Below, in pieces: positions 63,165 through 64,000 of a DNA stretch of 64,000 nt. A model generated the notes under the pieces. It saw only the letters and a list, made by a program, of their open reading frames with translations. It was not told where the DNA came from and searched no databases. Every line of letters begins with the position of its first letter. Position 1 is the first letter of the stretch. The stretch is from Anaeramoeba ignava BMAN (lineage: Eukaryota; Protista; Anaeramoebae), in contig JAPDFW010000061.1 of the NCBI GenBank assembly GCA_028826165.1, positions 486,775 through 550,774 on the forward strand, read 5' to 3'. Position numbers and translations under genes: made by a program.

Positions 63165-64000
63165 ATGGAAAATTCAAAAATTAAATTATTATTATGGAAA
63201 AATTTAAATTCTTTTTCTTATTCAATCTCTTCTTTATTATTATCTAAAAATTCTATTCATCTTATTACAGGAGATTTAAATGGAAATGTTATTTTATGGA
63301 AATTTTTAAAATCAATTTATTAAAAATGTTTTTATTAGCTCATAATTCAAAAATAACTTCAATTATAGAAATTATTTATTTTCTGAAAATCATTTATTAC
63401 TGGTACTTTTTTTTATTTATATAATTATTTATTTATATAAAATTTATATAAAATTATTTATGTGTGTTTTTAAAAATTTTTCAAGTTTCAATTGATGGAT
63501 TTGTTGCAATTTGGAAATTTAAAGATGGATTATGCTTGAAATTATTCCCAAATTTACTTTCTTGTTCTCCTAAAATAATAAAACAAATCCCAAATCATTT
63601 ATTCAAATTTGTTGCTGTTGGAAAAGTAATATAATTGAAATTTTTGATATTGAAAAATCTCAAATTATTCAAGTTTTATATGGTCATGATACATGGATTT
63701 CAAGTGTTTATTTATCTTCATTTCAAGTTAATGAATGTAAACAAAAACAAAATGATTGTTTTTATATTTTAAAAATATTTAAATTTTTAATACAAAAACA
63801 AAAAGATACTTTAATGATTTCTTTAGGAAATGATGGAAAATTATGTTTTTGGAAATTTGATCCAAATTCAAATGATAATCAAAATCAAAAATTCAGATCA
63901 ATTTCTATTAAGAAGAGTTACAATTTCTATTGAAAATATAATTTCATCAACTTTTTCTCCAAATGAAGAATTGTTTTTAGTTGTTAGTGATTTATTTATT
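63165..64000 (+). CDS. WD40-repeat protein, WDR7/WDR72-like N-terminus, partial
   Basis: LLLW..ISSLLL..LITGDLNGNVILWKF, LLAHNSKITSI, SIDGFVAIWKFKDGLCL, LYGHDTWISS, GNDGKLCFW; contains introns and frameshifts. Confidence 0.7.

Overview
Extremely AT-rich eukaryotic genomic DNA with GT-AG introns and the standard genetic code. It comes from an anaerobic protist with hydrogenosome-type organelles, since it carries an intron-split hydG with an N-terminal presequence and a tom7-like gene. The RCC1+BTB gene and microsatellite-filled introns suggest an Anaeramoeba-like metamonad, which is my inference. Contents in order: three tandem RRM-like/RING/Q-N-repeat/CCCH paralogs; a plus-strand array of KCTD9-like BTB-pentapeptide genes; hydG; four tandem divergent actins; a partial hydG copy; an RCC1-BTB-BTB gene; a ~60-bp minisatellite; a two-box HMG gene; a second, inverted BTB-pentapeptide array; a LOG-family gene with a 9-nt micro-exon; a USP36/42-like deubiquitinase; tom7; a ~143-bp satellite; two near-identical Crinkler-like NTPase+nuclease genes flanking a RING-kinase-SH3-MyTH4-RhoGAP gene; a multi-pass membrane protein; a Rab32-family GTPase; NKAP; and a WDR7-like gene. 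The most notable items are: (1) BTB-pentapeptide paralogs with a discrete hypervariable cassette and mosaic structure; (2) actins lacking catalytic Gln137 with variation focused on filament-contact loops; (3) a duplicated NTPase-nuclease cassette tied to a satellite array. Exon structures were worked out by eye, and family calls are motif recognition rather than database hits. Many frameshifts lie in homopolymers and are probably sequencing errors.
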